From Nitrososphaerota archaeon (lineage in GTDB: Archaea; Thermoproteota; Nitrososphaeria; Nitrososphaerales; Nitrosopumilaceae): a stretch of DNA of 32,000 bases. The translations under genes and the position numbers were made by a program. Positions 1 to 8,227 of this stretch are shown here, one piece after another. Every line of letters starts with the position of its first letter. Positions within the stretch are counted from its first letter, which is position 1. Under the pieces are notes generated by a model that saw nothing but the letters and a program-made list of their open reading frames with translations, was not told the origin of the DNA and searched no databases. The DNA is taken from assembly GCA_028867785.1 (NCBI GenBank), contig JAGWFS010000002.1:146678-178677 (forward strand), written 5' to 3'.

Positions 1-719
1 GGTTCGTCTTCTGACGACATGGATTCGTATTTGAACCTGCCTGCATATCTTCGCAGAGGCTTCCACAAGATGAGGTCAACAAATAATATAATGCATACAA
101 GAACCGCCAGACCGAAGATGGTTCCTTGATAATCTCCCGCAGAGGTGGACTTGGCAAGATAGCTGCCTATGCCAGGCAGTGTATATTGTTTTGATCCAAT
201 GGAAATGAGCTCTGCCGCCACGAGGTAATACCATCCGGTCGCCCAGGATAGGATGCCGTTGTAGATGAGCTTTGGTATGGCTGCCGGAAGATACAAAGTC
301 TTGAATTTTTTCCAACCCTTGACACCAAATGAACCTGACGCCTCTTCCAAGTCTGACGGTATGGAAGAGACGGATTCGTACACTGCAAAGGCCAGGTTCC
401 ATGCTTGGCTTGTAAAAATAAGAAATATTGCAGCCATTTCGACGCCTACCCAGCTCTGATTGAAAAGTGCGATGAAGAAGAAGATGGCTGCTGGGAAGAA
501 TCCGAGGATTGGAACCGATTGTAATATGTCAAGAATTGGCATCATTATTTTTTCAGCCTTTTTGTTTCTTGCAGCTACGACTCCATAGGATATGGCAAAG
601 ATATACGATACTATGATGCCTATGGTCATCCTGACAAGAGAATACCCAGAGTCAACTAAGACATGCACAAAGTCTTTTGGAAGAAAGCTTGACAGAATTG
701 GATCTAGGACCATGTTCAT
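1..719 (-). CDS. ABC transporter permease, NitT/TauT (SsuC/TauC)-like; C-terminal part runs off the window
   Basis: Not in the ORF track because it has no stop inside the window. My translation of the minus frame from the ATG at 719 gives MNMVLDPILSSFLPKDFVHVLVDSGYSLVRMTIGIIVSYIFAISYGVVAARNKKAEKIMMPILDILQSVPILGFFPAAIFFF...SSIPSDLEEASGSFGVKGWKKFKTLYLPAAIPKLIYNG. This is multi-TM and carries an EAA---G---------LP permease loop. The frame stays open to position 1. Confidence 0.75.
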   Translation of the reverse strand, partial: MNMVLDPILSSFLPKDFVHVLVDSGYSLVRMTIGIIVSYIFAISYGVVAARNKKAEKIMMPILDILQSVPILGFFPAAIFFFIALFNQSWVGVEMAAIFLIFTSQAWNLAFAVYESVSSIPSDLEEASGSFGVKGWKKFKTLYLPAAIPKLIYNGILSWATGWYYLVAAELISIGSKQYTLPGIGSYLAKSTSAGDYQGTIFGLAVLVCIILFVDLILWKPLRRYAGRFKYESMSSEDE

Positions 720-909
720 CCTAGGGCACAGTGAATGGGTTTATACGCATTGTGTTTTGGCAAACTCGAAGGATCTTCATATGATACTTGATCAAATTTG
801 CCTGATGACTGTTGGATGGTATGTCTGGAATCATTCTCAATATGTTTTTCATAGGCGCGCAAAGATCATATGGTAAAAATATGCTTCGTTCTGACCAACT
901 TGTAATAGC

Positions 910-1191
910 ATGAAGGTACTGGTAGATGAAATGTATGATGGGATGGATGTAAGGCTGAAGGAATTTGGATACGAGGCATTTAGCGTAAAAAAACTGATTA
1001 TGGAAGGAAAGAAGCTTGCCAGCGACTATTCTGTGATAAAATATGCTGAAGAAAACGGGATGGTGATGATAACCGGAGACATTGAAATCGGCAAGGCCTG
1101 CAAGGAAAATGGCATTCCATGCGTGCTGCTTGACACTGACGCGTTGTTTAAAATCATCTTGGAAGAACTGGGAAACTTTAAGAACCGCTGA
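910..1191 (+). CDS. PIN-like / DUF5615 (Mut7-C-like) small protein
   Basis: 93 aa. The pattern VLVDEMYDGMDVRLKEFGYEAF...ASDYSVIKYAEENGMVMITGDIEIG resembles the DUF5615 layout (acidic N-terminal strand, ...D..i...A...g.ilvT.D.dF). This is recognition by pattern only. Confidence 0.5.
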   Translation: MKVLVDEMYDGMDVRLKEFGYEAFSVKKLIMEGKKLASDYSVIKYAEENGMVMITGDIEIGKACKENGIPCVLLDTDALFKIILEELGNFKNR

Positions 1192-1795
1192 CTTTTCTTT
1201 TCTTCCAGTATATGATTATGCCGATGACCACGACTGCTATGACCATAGCATCAACATAATCCGAGTATCTTCTGATGCTGTCCCATTCTTGGCCCAACTT
1301 TATGCCCACAAATGCCAGGGCTGTATTCCATATTGCAGAGCCAATCAGGGTAAATACTGAAAACTTCTTCAGGCTCATCTTGGCAGCCCCTGCCGGCAGG
1401 GAGACGTATGTTCTTATGGCCGGAAGCAGCCTGCTGATGAAAATGGATCTGTCCCCGTATTTTTTGAAATAAGACTCGGCAAGCTCCAGATGGGATTTTT
1501 TGAGTAATACATACCTGCCGTATCTTAACACAAAACCTCGTCCAAGATATGCGCCTACTGCGTAGGCAATCAGAGATCCGACAAGATTTCCTATTGTGCC
1601 TGCAATTACGACTGGTACGACATCAAACTTGCCAGTTGAGACAAGATAGCCTGAGAATAGCATGATTACCTCACTTGGTATGGGTATGAGCGCGCTTTCT
1701 GCAACCATGAGGAAGAAAACCCCCAGATATCCGGAATTTGATATGGTCTGAATTATGAAACTAGTCAGACTGCTAAGAATCTCAAGTGTAACCAA
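1178..1795 (-). CDS. DedA / SNARE-associated family membrane protein
   Basis: 205 aa with the DedA signature GYLGVFFLMVAESALIPIPSEVIMLFSGYLV and several TM segments. The start appears to be TTG, with no usable ATG upstream of the conserved block. Confidence 0.85.
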   Translation of the reverse strand: MVTLEILSSLTSFIIQTISNSGYLGVFFLMVAESALIPIPSEVIMLFSGYLVSTGKFDVVPVVIAGTIGNLVGSLIAYAVGAYLGRGFVLRYGRYVLLKKSHLELAESYFKKYGDRSIFISRLLPAIRTYVSLPAGAAKMSLKKFSVFTLIGSAIWNTALAFVGIKLGQEWDSIRRYSDYVDAMVIAVVVIGIIIYWKKRKVSGS

Positions 1796-1843
1796 CTTCT
1801 AGTATGAAGCCGTTTGAATAGTGAATTATACCTATCGAGAGAT

Positions 1844-2011
1844 TTACCACATGCCGCCAGTTGTAAAACCTTGTTCGTCAGACTTGCGTTGTGGGGCATG
1901 ACGGTGAGCCTTTTTCATGTGTCTGTCTAGGCGCACAGGATCGTGGAACTCTTGGCCGCATTCCTTGCATTTTGTTTGAGGCTGCTCGTCTTTTTTCTTA
2001 AACAGGCCCAT
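1844..2011 (-). CDS. Small C2H2 zinc-finger protein
   Basis: KCKECGQEFHDPVRLDRHMKKAH matches C-x2-C-x12-H-x4-H. I prefer the ATG at 2011 (MGLFKKK...) over the TTG at 2026 used by the ORF track. Confidence 0.7.
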   Translation of the reverse strand: MGLFKKKDEQPQTKCKECGQEFHDPVRLDRHMKKAHRHAPQRKSDEQGFTTGGMW

Positions 2012-2122
2012 GCGTAGATCTAGCAAAATTGCGCTAATATTTCTTTTCCATGTTGCACGTATGCCTTGAAAAAAATCTATCTGTCAGAAAATACGATACA
2101 GTATGTTGTGATAAAATGGCAC

Positions 2123-2146
2123 CTGCGTAGAAATTACGCTACGCAG
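2123..2146 (-). terminator. Stem-loop (8-bp stem, 8-nt loop) followed by a T-run, downstream of the methyltransferase gene
   Basis: CTGCGTAG-aaattacg-CTACGCAG. On the minus strand it is followed by gtgccATTTTAT. Confidence 0.3.
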
Positions 2147-2214
2147 TGGGTAACCAGGTAACTGGTATTACAAAGTGAATTGGATCACGCCACAAGATAA
2201 GGCTTTGTTTGCAG

Positions 2215-3117
2215 TTATGCGACAGACTTTAAAAGTACGTAATCGATGGTCCTGCTCTCGGAGACTTCCCGCATCTTTAGCAGTGATCTGAAGAGGATCT
2301 TCTCTACGTATGACGGGTACCTCTCCAGTATCTTTGGCCTCAAAAATTTCCTGTTTTTTACATAATAGTTGGCAAGCGGCTCATATACCTTTGAGCCTAT
2401 GAGATCTACGGACTGGATCCTAAAACCAAAGTCACTGATGGCCTTCTTGAGATCCTCGAGCCCATGGTGTTCAGATGACCATGTAAATGACAGTATCCCA
2501 AGCTTGAGCATCTCAAGAGATCTTGACTGCGACATGACAGGCACTGCCAGCGCAAGTATGCCGTTTTCTTTTAGCACACGCCTGCTTTCTGACACAAACT
2601 CTGAAAATGGTTTGAAATGTTGTGCTGATTCCAGTGCGATTATTCTGTCCATTGATTTATCTGCAAACGGAAACTTTGTGGCAGTAGAGTTGATTAGGTT
2701 GATTGTTTCTGATGCATGATTCTGGTGCGATGATTGTGAGTTTTCTTTGAGAATACTTGAGGCAAATCCAAGCTGGGTTCTGTTTACGTTCAGGCAGGAC
2801 ATCTTGATGTGCGGGAAATTTGTCTTCCAGATTGTGGCAGGCTCTGAAAAGCCGCTTCCAACGTCCAGAACGTTTCTAGCTGTATTCAATTCTGCCATAT
2901 CTGCAATCCTCTTGCAAAGCTGGACCTGTGCCTTGTGCGGATGAACCGTGTCATCATCCCAGTATCCAAAGTTAAGCATGTTGCCTTCTGTGGAAATCTG
3001 CATCAGCGAGGAAAGTGAATCATAGAGATTCACCACATCGTCTTCGTTTCGGCGAAACGTCCAAAGAAGAACATCTACCGGATTTATGCTTGCCAGCCTC
3101 TGACTGTGCTTTGACAT
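2215..3117 (-). CDS. Class I SAM-dependent methyltransferase
   Basis: 300 aa with motif I VLDVGSGFSEP, an upstream NFGYW box and a post-I acidic/hydrophobic pattern (RIIALESAQHF, LKENGILALAV). ATG start at 3117. Confidence 0.8.
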   Translation of the reverse strand: MSKHSQRLASINPVDVLLWTFRRNEDDVVNLYDSLSSLMQISTEGNMLNFGYWDDDTVHPHKAQVQLCKRIADMAELNTARNVLDVGSGFSEPATIWKTNFPHIKMSCLNVNRTQLGFASSILKENSQSSHQNHASETINLINSTATKFPFADKSMDRIIALESAQHFKPFSEFVSESRRVLKENGILALAVPVMSQSRSLEMLKLGILSFTWSSEHHGLEDLKKAISDFGFRIQSVDLIGSKVYEPLANYYVKNRKFLRPKILERYPSYVEKILFRSLLKMREVSESRTIDYVLLKSVA

Positions 3118-3202
3118 TTACAAAAGTATGTTACAATTCAGTTTTAAAACTCTTCCACAAAAAGAGTTCATCTTTTTATTTGGGGTGTGAGTGTGGTATG
3201 CC

Positions 3203-3457
3203 ATGGATGCCTGCGATGCAAGAACCCGCGCATACAAAAACGGCAAAACATTTGACCAGTGCAGACAGATTGCCCAAAACCTTTCCGCTGATCTTGCAAA
3301 GAAGATAGAAAAGACTGGGATGGTACAGTGGAGCGAGATTCTCCAAGTATCTGATCATGACGAACTGGTCTACAAACTAACTCTCAAGTATCTGCGGCAA
3401 AATGGTTACAACATAGGAGATTGGAAGACCCCTCGTGTTACAAAATCTACTGTTTAG
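3203..3457 (+). CDS. Hypothetical small soluble protein
   Basis: ORF 3191..3457. The ATG at 3203 gives MDACDARTRAYKNGKTFDQCRQIAQNLSADLAKKIEK... The composition looks protein-like, unlike the overlapping antisense 60-aa ORF. I recognise no family. Confidence 0.4.
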   Translation: MDACDARTRAYKNGKTFDQCRQIAQNLSADLAKKIEKTGMVQWSEILQVSDHDELVYKLTLKYLRQNGYNIGDWKTPRVTKSTV

Positions 3458-4289
3458 ACTCTAGCGCACAGCTGCCACTTTGCTCTTTTCTTATCTTTCT
3501 TGCCATTATGTATGGAGTGGCAAGCAGAATGGGAATTGAGACAGCTATGAACATTGTCTGTAACTGCGCCTCGTAGCTTGTCAAAAACAGCGTCACGCCT
3601 GTCGCGCTTGCCCCAAGCCCGAAAAGCATTGTAAACGCAGTGCCTGCACAGGTCGGGCATCCGACAAAGAGTCCAGTCACTGCACCAAACGTGCCGAACC
3701 TGCCTGCGCTCTTGGCAGCCGTAAAGGTGGTTGCGGCAAGTGCAAAGTTAAGCCCTACAAGAAAGGAGACTGTAACCAGAAGAACCAGGTTCAATGGTAC
3801 AATCTGCAACCCAACATGCTCTGTGAAAAAGGCAAATATCATCGGCATGTATCCCGGCAAATCGCAGCATGGGGAAAGCTCTATGTGTGGAGGGGTTGGA
3901 AAGCCATAATCTGTTGCATTGAGCTCGGGTTTGTAGAGGATAACTCCTGATGTCAGCCCGAAAAATATTCCGTATCCTATGGCACTTATGACAAATATGC
4001 GCTTTGCCCTTTTGCTGTTCAAAGAATTTGAGATTATGGATGAAATTGATGAATCGGGAATTTCTATCTTGGACTTGAAAAATTTGTACAGGCCCCATCC
4101 TATGGCGCCAAATGATGCAAATAAGATGAAATACGTCGCATATGCCAGATTTGTAAGTGCGGGCATGGCTGCAGGGGTTACAGTGATCTCATTGTTTCTT
4201 GCGTACGCAAGAAATGACACTGTTATTGCCAAAAAGCCTACTATGATGAGCGCCCGGTGTGATCGACGTACCGTGCTTTGTTTTTCCAA
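3447..4289 (-). CDS. Polytopic membrane protein with SPCC and CPTC motifs
   Basis: 280 aa with at least 6 hydrophobic segments. Motifs are LSPCCDLPGYMP and GLFVGCPTCAGTAF. The start appears to be TTG. Confidence 0.7.
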   Translation of the reverse strand: MEKQSTVRRSHRALIIVGFLAITVSFLAYARNNEITVTPAAMPALTNLAYATYFILFASFGAIGWGLYKFFKSKIEIPDSSISSIISNSLNSKRAKRIFVISAIGYGIFFGLTSGVILYKPELNATDYGFPTPPHIELSPCCDLPGYMPMIFAFFTEHVGLQIVPLNLVLLVTVSFLVGLNFALAATTFTAAKSAGRFGTFGAVTGLFVGCPTCAGTAFTMLFGLGASATGVTLFLTSYEAQLQTMFIAVSIPILLATPYIMARKIRKEQSGSCALESKQ

Positions 4290-4375
4290 CGAATAAAACG
4301 ATGCATGGTGACATTAAATTCTATCTGTCTTTTTCCAAAGTGTTTATCTCAGATGAAGCTTGATAGAGATTTATC

Positions 4376-4801
4376 TTGAAGATAGACGAGCCTCAAGACT
4401 CTGACTATGCGGAAACTAAAATCACACATGTGGGATTTGTCGATCCTTATGGCGTGGAAGGACTTGTAATTCTGCGATCTGACGACGAAAAGGAATTTCA
4501 CATGCGCGCCTTTTCGGGCGAGGTTGCAAGACACATTTCAAACTTTGTCGAGGGGGATAGGGGCGCCATACCTACGATATACAACATGATTGAGGAAATA
4601 TCTGAGATCAACGAGCTTGTGCTTGTTAGAATTAAGGTGTATGAGAGCGGAAGCGTGTTGAGGGCAAACCTCTACTTTACGGGAAAACACGACATTGTAA
4701 TGCGCAACTATAGGGCATCTGACGCAATCGCGCTTGCAACGTTTTACAACGTGCCTATACTTGTCAGAAAAAATCTCTTGAAAGAAAAGATGGAGGCCTA
4801 G
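4376..4801 (+). CDS. Bifunctional nuclease (DUF151/BFN) family protein
   Basis: 141 aa. LVILRSDDEKEFHMRAFSGEVARHISNF...IPTIYNMI...YRASDAIALATFYNVPILV matches the DUF151 layout (R.SDAIALA....PI.V). TTG start immediately after in-frame stops. Confidence 0.75.
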   Translation: MKIDEPQDSDYAETKITHVGFVDPYGVEGLVILRSDDEKEFHMRAFSGEVARHISNFVEGDRGAIPTIYNMIEEISEINELVLVRIKVYESGSVLRANLYFTGKHDIVMRNYRASDAIALATFYNVPILVRKNLLKEKMEA

Positions 4802-5889
4802 GTCACTATATGTTCCAGCTTTCCTTCCTGCTGTGCCTTTCTTAGTTCCATTGCTATCCTTCTACCCACGCCAAAAGTTTCTCCATACTTGTACTTTGTA
4901 TACGGACTGGTGGTGGCAAGAATTGGGTTTCCGGGAACCCTGAGAGACACGTCATACACAACTATCTCAAGATCCTTTGTGATTACACTTTGAAGTGAGA
5001 ACGGGCCTATGATTCCCGGGGCGTATTCTCTTTTCACAGCTGCTACAAACTTGTCTCCTGCCTCTATGACTTTTTCAAGCAGCGACTCTCGTATGCTTGC
5101 AGGAGTGTGTCCAACCTCTATGTTTTGCAGCTCTATGTTTGTCTCAAGCTGCTGTTTTGCAGGCAATGAAACAAAGTCATGTACATTTGTCTGCAGCCTC
5201 CTCTCGATTCCAAGAAAGTCTACCTCATCTGATATGGGCGTGTGAAAATAATTGAAGTTAAAGTATGTGCCTACCACAAACTCCTCAATACTTGCAATCT
5301 TTAGCGCTTCCCTTGAAATCAGGTCCTGCCTTATCTTTTTTTCAGCCTTGTCCTTATAGTCTGCATGTGATGTTGCAATGAAAAATGCCCTCTCAAGCTT
5401 GCGGGACTTTTCCTGCACCTTTACTATGACAGGCCTGTCTATGTCTTTTGGGCTCTTGAATATTCTAGGACGCCTTATCTTGGCCTTTTGAAGAAGATAG
5501 TACTGGTTTTTCTTGTGCGAGCGCTCTTCTGCCTGAAAGAGTGCCCGGTTGCCAAACAGGGGAACCTTGAACCTGTTTTCTACTGCATCATATCCAAGAT
5601 ATGCGGTAAGGGCCCTGTGTGGAATTATGACTATATTCTCTGACCTCAATTTTGACTGAATCTTGGGCGACAGCATGTCTTTGAATTTGTTTACTATGAT
5701 TATCTCGTCTGCAATCCTTGAAAATCTCTTGTATGGTGCCTCCCTGCCTTTCTGGCATATCACAGACGTTCTAAAGTTCTCATCCTTTGCCCCGTCCATA
5801 ATCTCTAGGGCAGAGTGGCTTCCAAGCGCGCCTATGGAAAGATCAGTGTACTCTCTTGCTATTTTTTGAATCTCTGATCTTTTGATCAT
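4798..5889 (-). CDS. purP: 5-formaminoimidazole-4-carboxamide ribotide (FAICAR) synthetase, archaeal ATP-grasp PurP
   Basis: 363 aa. The N-terminus IGALGSHSALEIMDGAKDENFRTSVICQKGRE and the overall length and organisation are typical of PurP. Confidence 0.9.
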   Translation of the reverse strand: MIKRSEIQKIAREYTDLSIGALGSHSALEIMDGAKDENFRTSVICQKGREAPYKRFSRIADEIIIVNKFKDMLSPKIQSKLRSENIVIIPHRALTAYLGYDAVENRFKVPLFGNRALFQAEERSHKKNQYYLLQKAKIRRPRIFKSPKDIDRPVIVKVQEKSRKLERAFFIATSHADYKDKAEKKIRQDLISREALKIASIEEFVVGTYFNFNYFHTPISDEVDFLGIERRLQTNVHDFVSLPAKQQLETNIELQNIEVGHTPASIRESLLEKVIEAGDKFVAAVKREYAPGIIGPFSLQSVITKDLEIVVYDVSLRVPGNPILATTSPYTKYKYGETFGVGRRIAMELRKAQQEGKLEHIVT

Positions 5890-5925
5890 GCGGAATCTAT
5901 TTTTGAATGGGTAAAAAAGCGTTCT

Positions 5926-6102
5926 TTACTTGAGCTCTTCCTTGTCCTTGAATTCTTTCAGCTCTTTTTCGGACTCGATCCTGCCTTTCTCGTATTCGCC
6001 CTTGGCCTTGCCAAATGTTCTAGCCAGCTCTGGGATCTTCTTTGCTCCGAAAATCAATACGCCGATAATTACTACGGCAATTATTACATTCTCATATGCC
6101 AT
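5926..6102 (-). CDS. tatA: Twin-arginine translocase subunit TatA/E
   Basis: Below the ORF-track length cutoff. My translation is MAYENVIIAVVIIGVLIFGAKKIPELARTFGKAKGEYEKGRIESEKELKEFKDKEELK (58 aa): one TM segment, the FG.KK(I/L)PEL hinge and an amphipathic tail. It lies 21 nt downstream of tatC. Confidence 0.85.
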   Translation of the reverse strand: MAYENVIIAVVIIGVLIFGAKKIPELARTFGKAKGEYEKGRIESEKELKEFKDKEELK

Positions 6103-6123
6103 GAGTGCTATTAATGCGGCAGA

Positions 6124-6945
6124 TCAAGATTTAAGTGTTCCAATCTTGTTTGCACGTTTCTCTGAGAGAAACATGCCTATGAGGTAGAGGCCTATCAGAG
6201 GTCCTGCAACGAACCACATTGTAACCCCGCTGCCGTCTGGAGTTATCGCAGCTCCTAAAATCACAATTCCAATCACGGCCCACTTTATGTTGCGCCTCCA
6301 AAATTTTTCCTCAACCATGCCTGATGCGGTGACTGCATACATTATGAGCGGCAACTGGAACGATACTCCAAAAGCCAGCATGAACTGAAGTATGAATGTG
6401 ATAAAATCTACAATGTTAAGAAAGGTTAGAAGACCTGCAGATTCCCCGTACTTGTAAAGAAATGCGAGCATGTATGGGGTGACGACAACGTATGAAAATA
6501 TGCACCCTGCTGCAAAAAGACCGATTGCGGGAAGGGTAATTGATTTTATTATCTGGACCTCTTTTTTGGCAAGGGCCGGGGCAAGAAACCCCATGAATTC
6601 TTTTACTATTACGGGCATTCCTATTACGATGCCAAGCATGACTGCAACATAGAACTGGGCAAAAAATGCCTGGGCCGGAGCAGTCTGAATCAGCTGTACA
6701 TATGAAGGGAGCAAGTGATGCTTCATTGATTTCATGGCCTGTGCAGCCATGTTGTCAAACGGACTAAAGGATGGGTAGTACAGATGAACTCCATTGTAAA
6801 CAAACGGGGTCAGGTGAAATCCTAGGATGACAAACGTGATTATGCCTACAGCAATTACCATCCTGAAGATTCGCTTTCTTAGCTCATCAAGATGCCCCAT
6901 GATTGTCATTGACATATCTAGAGATCTTGAATTTGTCAAAACCAT
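6124..6945 (-). CDS. tatC: Twin-arginine translocase subunit TatC
   Basis: 273 aa with HLDELRKRIFR near the N-terminus and 6 TM segments. Internal ATGs at 6915, 6909 and 6900 are alternative starts. Confidence 0.9.
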   Translation of the reverse strand: MVLTNSRSLDMSMTIMGHLDELRKRIFRMVIAVGIITFVILGFHLTPFVYNGVHLYYPSFSPFDNMAAQAMKSMKHHLLPSYVQLIQTAPAQAFFAQFYVAVMLGIVIGMPVIVKEFMGFLAPALAKKEVQIIKSITLPAIGLFAAGCIFSYVVVTPYMLAFLYKYGESAGLLTFLNIVDFITFILQFMLAFGVSFQLPLIMYAVTASGMVEEKFWRRNIKWAVIGIVILGAAITPDGSGVTMWFVAGPLIGLYLIGMFLSEKRANKIGTLKS

Positions 6946-7239
6946 AATTAACAGTATCTTTATGGAACGTATCTAGTCTCAATGTGGTCGCTTAGATTAT
7001 TCTTACAACATGAATTTCCTTTTTGTCTTGAAATATGGCATGCTCTAAAAACCTGCTCTCGCTTTTCTCGGTAATAAAATAATGCGAGATAAATGGTGAT
7101 ACGGTATGTAGACACATCCACTGTTCAGACCAGTAGCAATATGGGTTAAAGGTGTAATTGCAAAATCATTCCAATCTAACCCCTCTTGCCAAAAGTAGAT
7201 GATTTCATGATATGATCAAAGTATGAATTGACAAAACCG

Positions 7240-7698
7240 TTACTTGCCGGGTATCGGAAGGATCTTGCTTGAGGGAAGGTTGCTCTGCTCTTGTTCCGGG
7301 ACTGTAAAGTTCTCTAGCTCTACGGTCAGTTCAGTACTTGCCTCGAACGTGTCTCCAAGCTGTACTGCCAGATCTGCTATCTCGCCTGGCTGGTAAATCT
7401 CGCGTGAATTCTTCAAAAATATTCTGCTGCTCTTCTCTGCAGGTTCCCCGCCAAACTTGTCCTTTAGGAACTTGGTTATCTTGCCTACCTCTTCTGTCGG
7501 TATCATGTTGTGGTAAAAGACAATTCCGTGAATTGATGCATAATCCCAGGGCGTTCCATTTCTGTAGCAGAAAACTCCAAAATGCGTTCCTTGATCATCT
7601 TTGGAACATTTTATCTCCCAGATCAGAACTTTTTTTGGATCATATTGTGCCTTTCTGAGATCATCTACTGTTAATTTCCAGTATCGTAATCTACTCAT
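7240..7698 (-). CDS. Hypothetical protein
   Basis: 152-aa ORF with balanced composition. The overlapping antisense ORFs look spurious. I recognise no family. Confidence 0.6.
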   Translation of the reverse strand: MSRLRYWKLTVDDLRKAQYDPKKVLIWEIKCSKDDQGTHFGVFCYRNGTPWDYASIHGIVFYHNMIPTEEVGKITKFLKDKFGGEPAEKSSRIFLKNSREIYQPGEIADLAVQLGDTFEASTELTVELENFTVPEQEQSNLPSSKILPIPGK

Positions 7699-7738
7699 CT
7701 GGTCATTGAAATAAATATGCGATTATAAAATTGTGTCC

Positions 7739-8227
7739 ATGGAACTCATTCCTGCAGGCCGTCTTGAACTCTTGTCTGAAATGGAAGAAAGATACGAAAA
7801 AAAAGACAAGGAATATTTTGTCAAGCTGCTCAATAATGAGGATTTTGTGATCAGGTGCAGGGCAGTCTGCATACTTGTGGACATGGGTGGAGAGGATGTC
7901 GTTCCGTATATTTCCGGTATTCTGAAGAATGATTCTAATGAGTTGGTAAGACATGAAGCTGCCTTTTCACTTGGCCAGATGTGTCTTCGAAGCGGGATAA
8001 AGCCTCTCGAGGACGCAACGCGCAATGACTCCAGCCTGTTTGTCAGACACGAAGCGGCAGTAGCCCTTGGCGTGATTGGCTCTCAGGATGCAAGAGAGAC
8101 TCTACAAAGAGCACTTCTGGATTCAAGCGAACAGGTAAGGGACTCTGCAGTCGTAGCGCTATCCAACCTGAAATTCATGGAAAGTCTCTGCAAGAACGAA
8201 AAATTTGCAAAACTTACTGGCGGCTAG
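7739..8227 (+). CDS. HEAT-repeat (PBS-lyase-type) protein
   Basis: Repeats VRCRAVCILVDMG, VRHEAAFSLGQM, VRHEAAVALGVIGSQDA and VRDSAVVALSNL. I prefer the ATG at 7739 over the GTG at 7733. Confidence 0.8.
   Translation: MELIPAGRLELLSEMEERYEKKDKEYFVKLLNNEDFVIRCRAVCILVDMGGEDVVPYISGILKNDSNELVRHEAAFSLGQMCLRSGIKPLEDATRNDSSLFVRHEAAVALGVIGSQDARETLQRALLDSSEQVRDSAVVALSNLKFMESLCKNEKFAKLTGG

Noticed and set aside
592-876. 94-aa plus-strand ORF upstream of the PIN-like gene, considered as a possible antitoxin
   Set aside because: Its first half is antisense to the ABC permease start region. The remainder (…CLMTVGWYVWNHSQYVFHRRAKIIW) has no antitoxin-like (RHH, HTH or DUF433) pattern.
6946-7239. 294-nt intergenic region scanned for C/D-box sRNA or small ORFs
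   Set aside because: I found only partial C-box-like (aatgatt) and D-box (ctga) matches on the minus strand, with no internal D'/C' pair or terminal stem. All ORFs are shorter than 15 aa. The evidence is insufficient.
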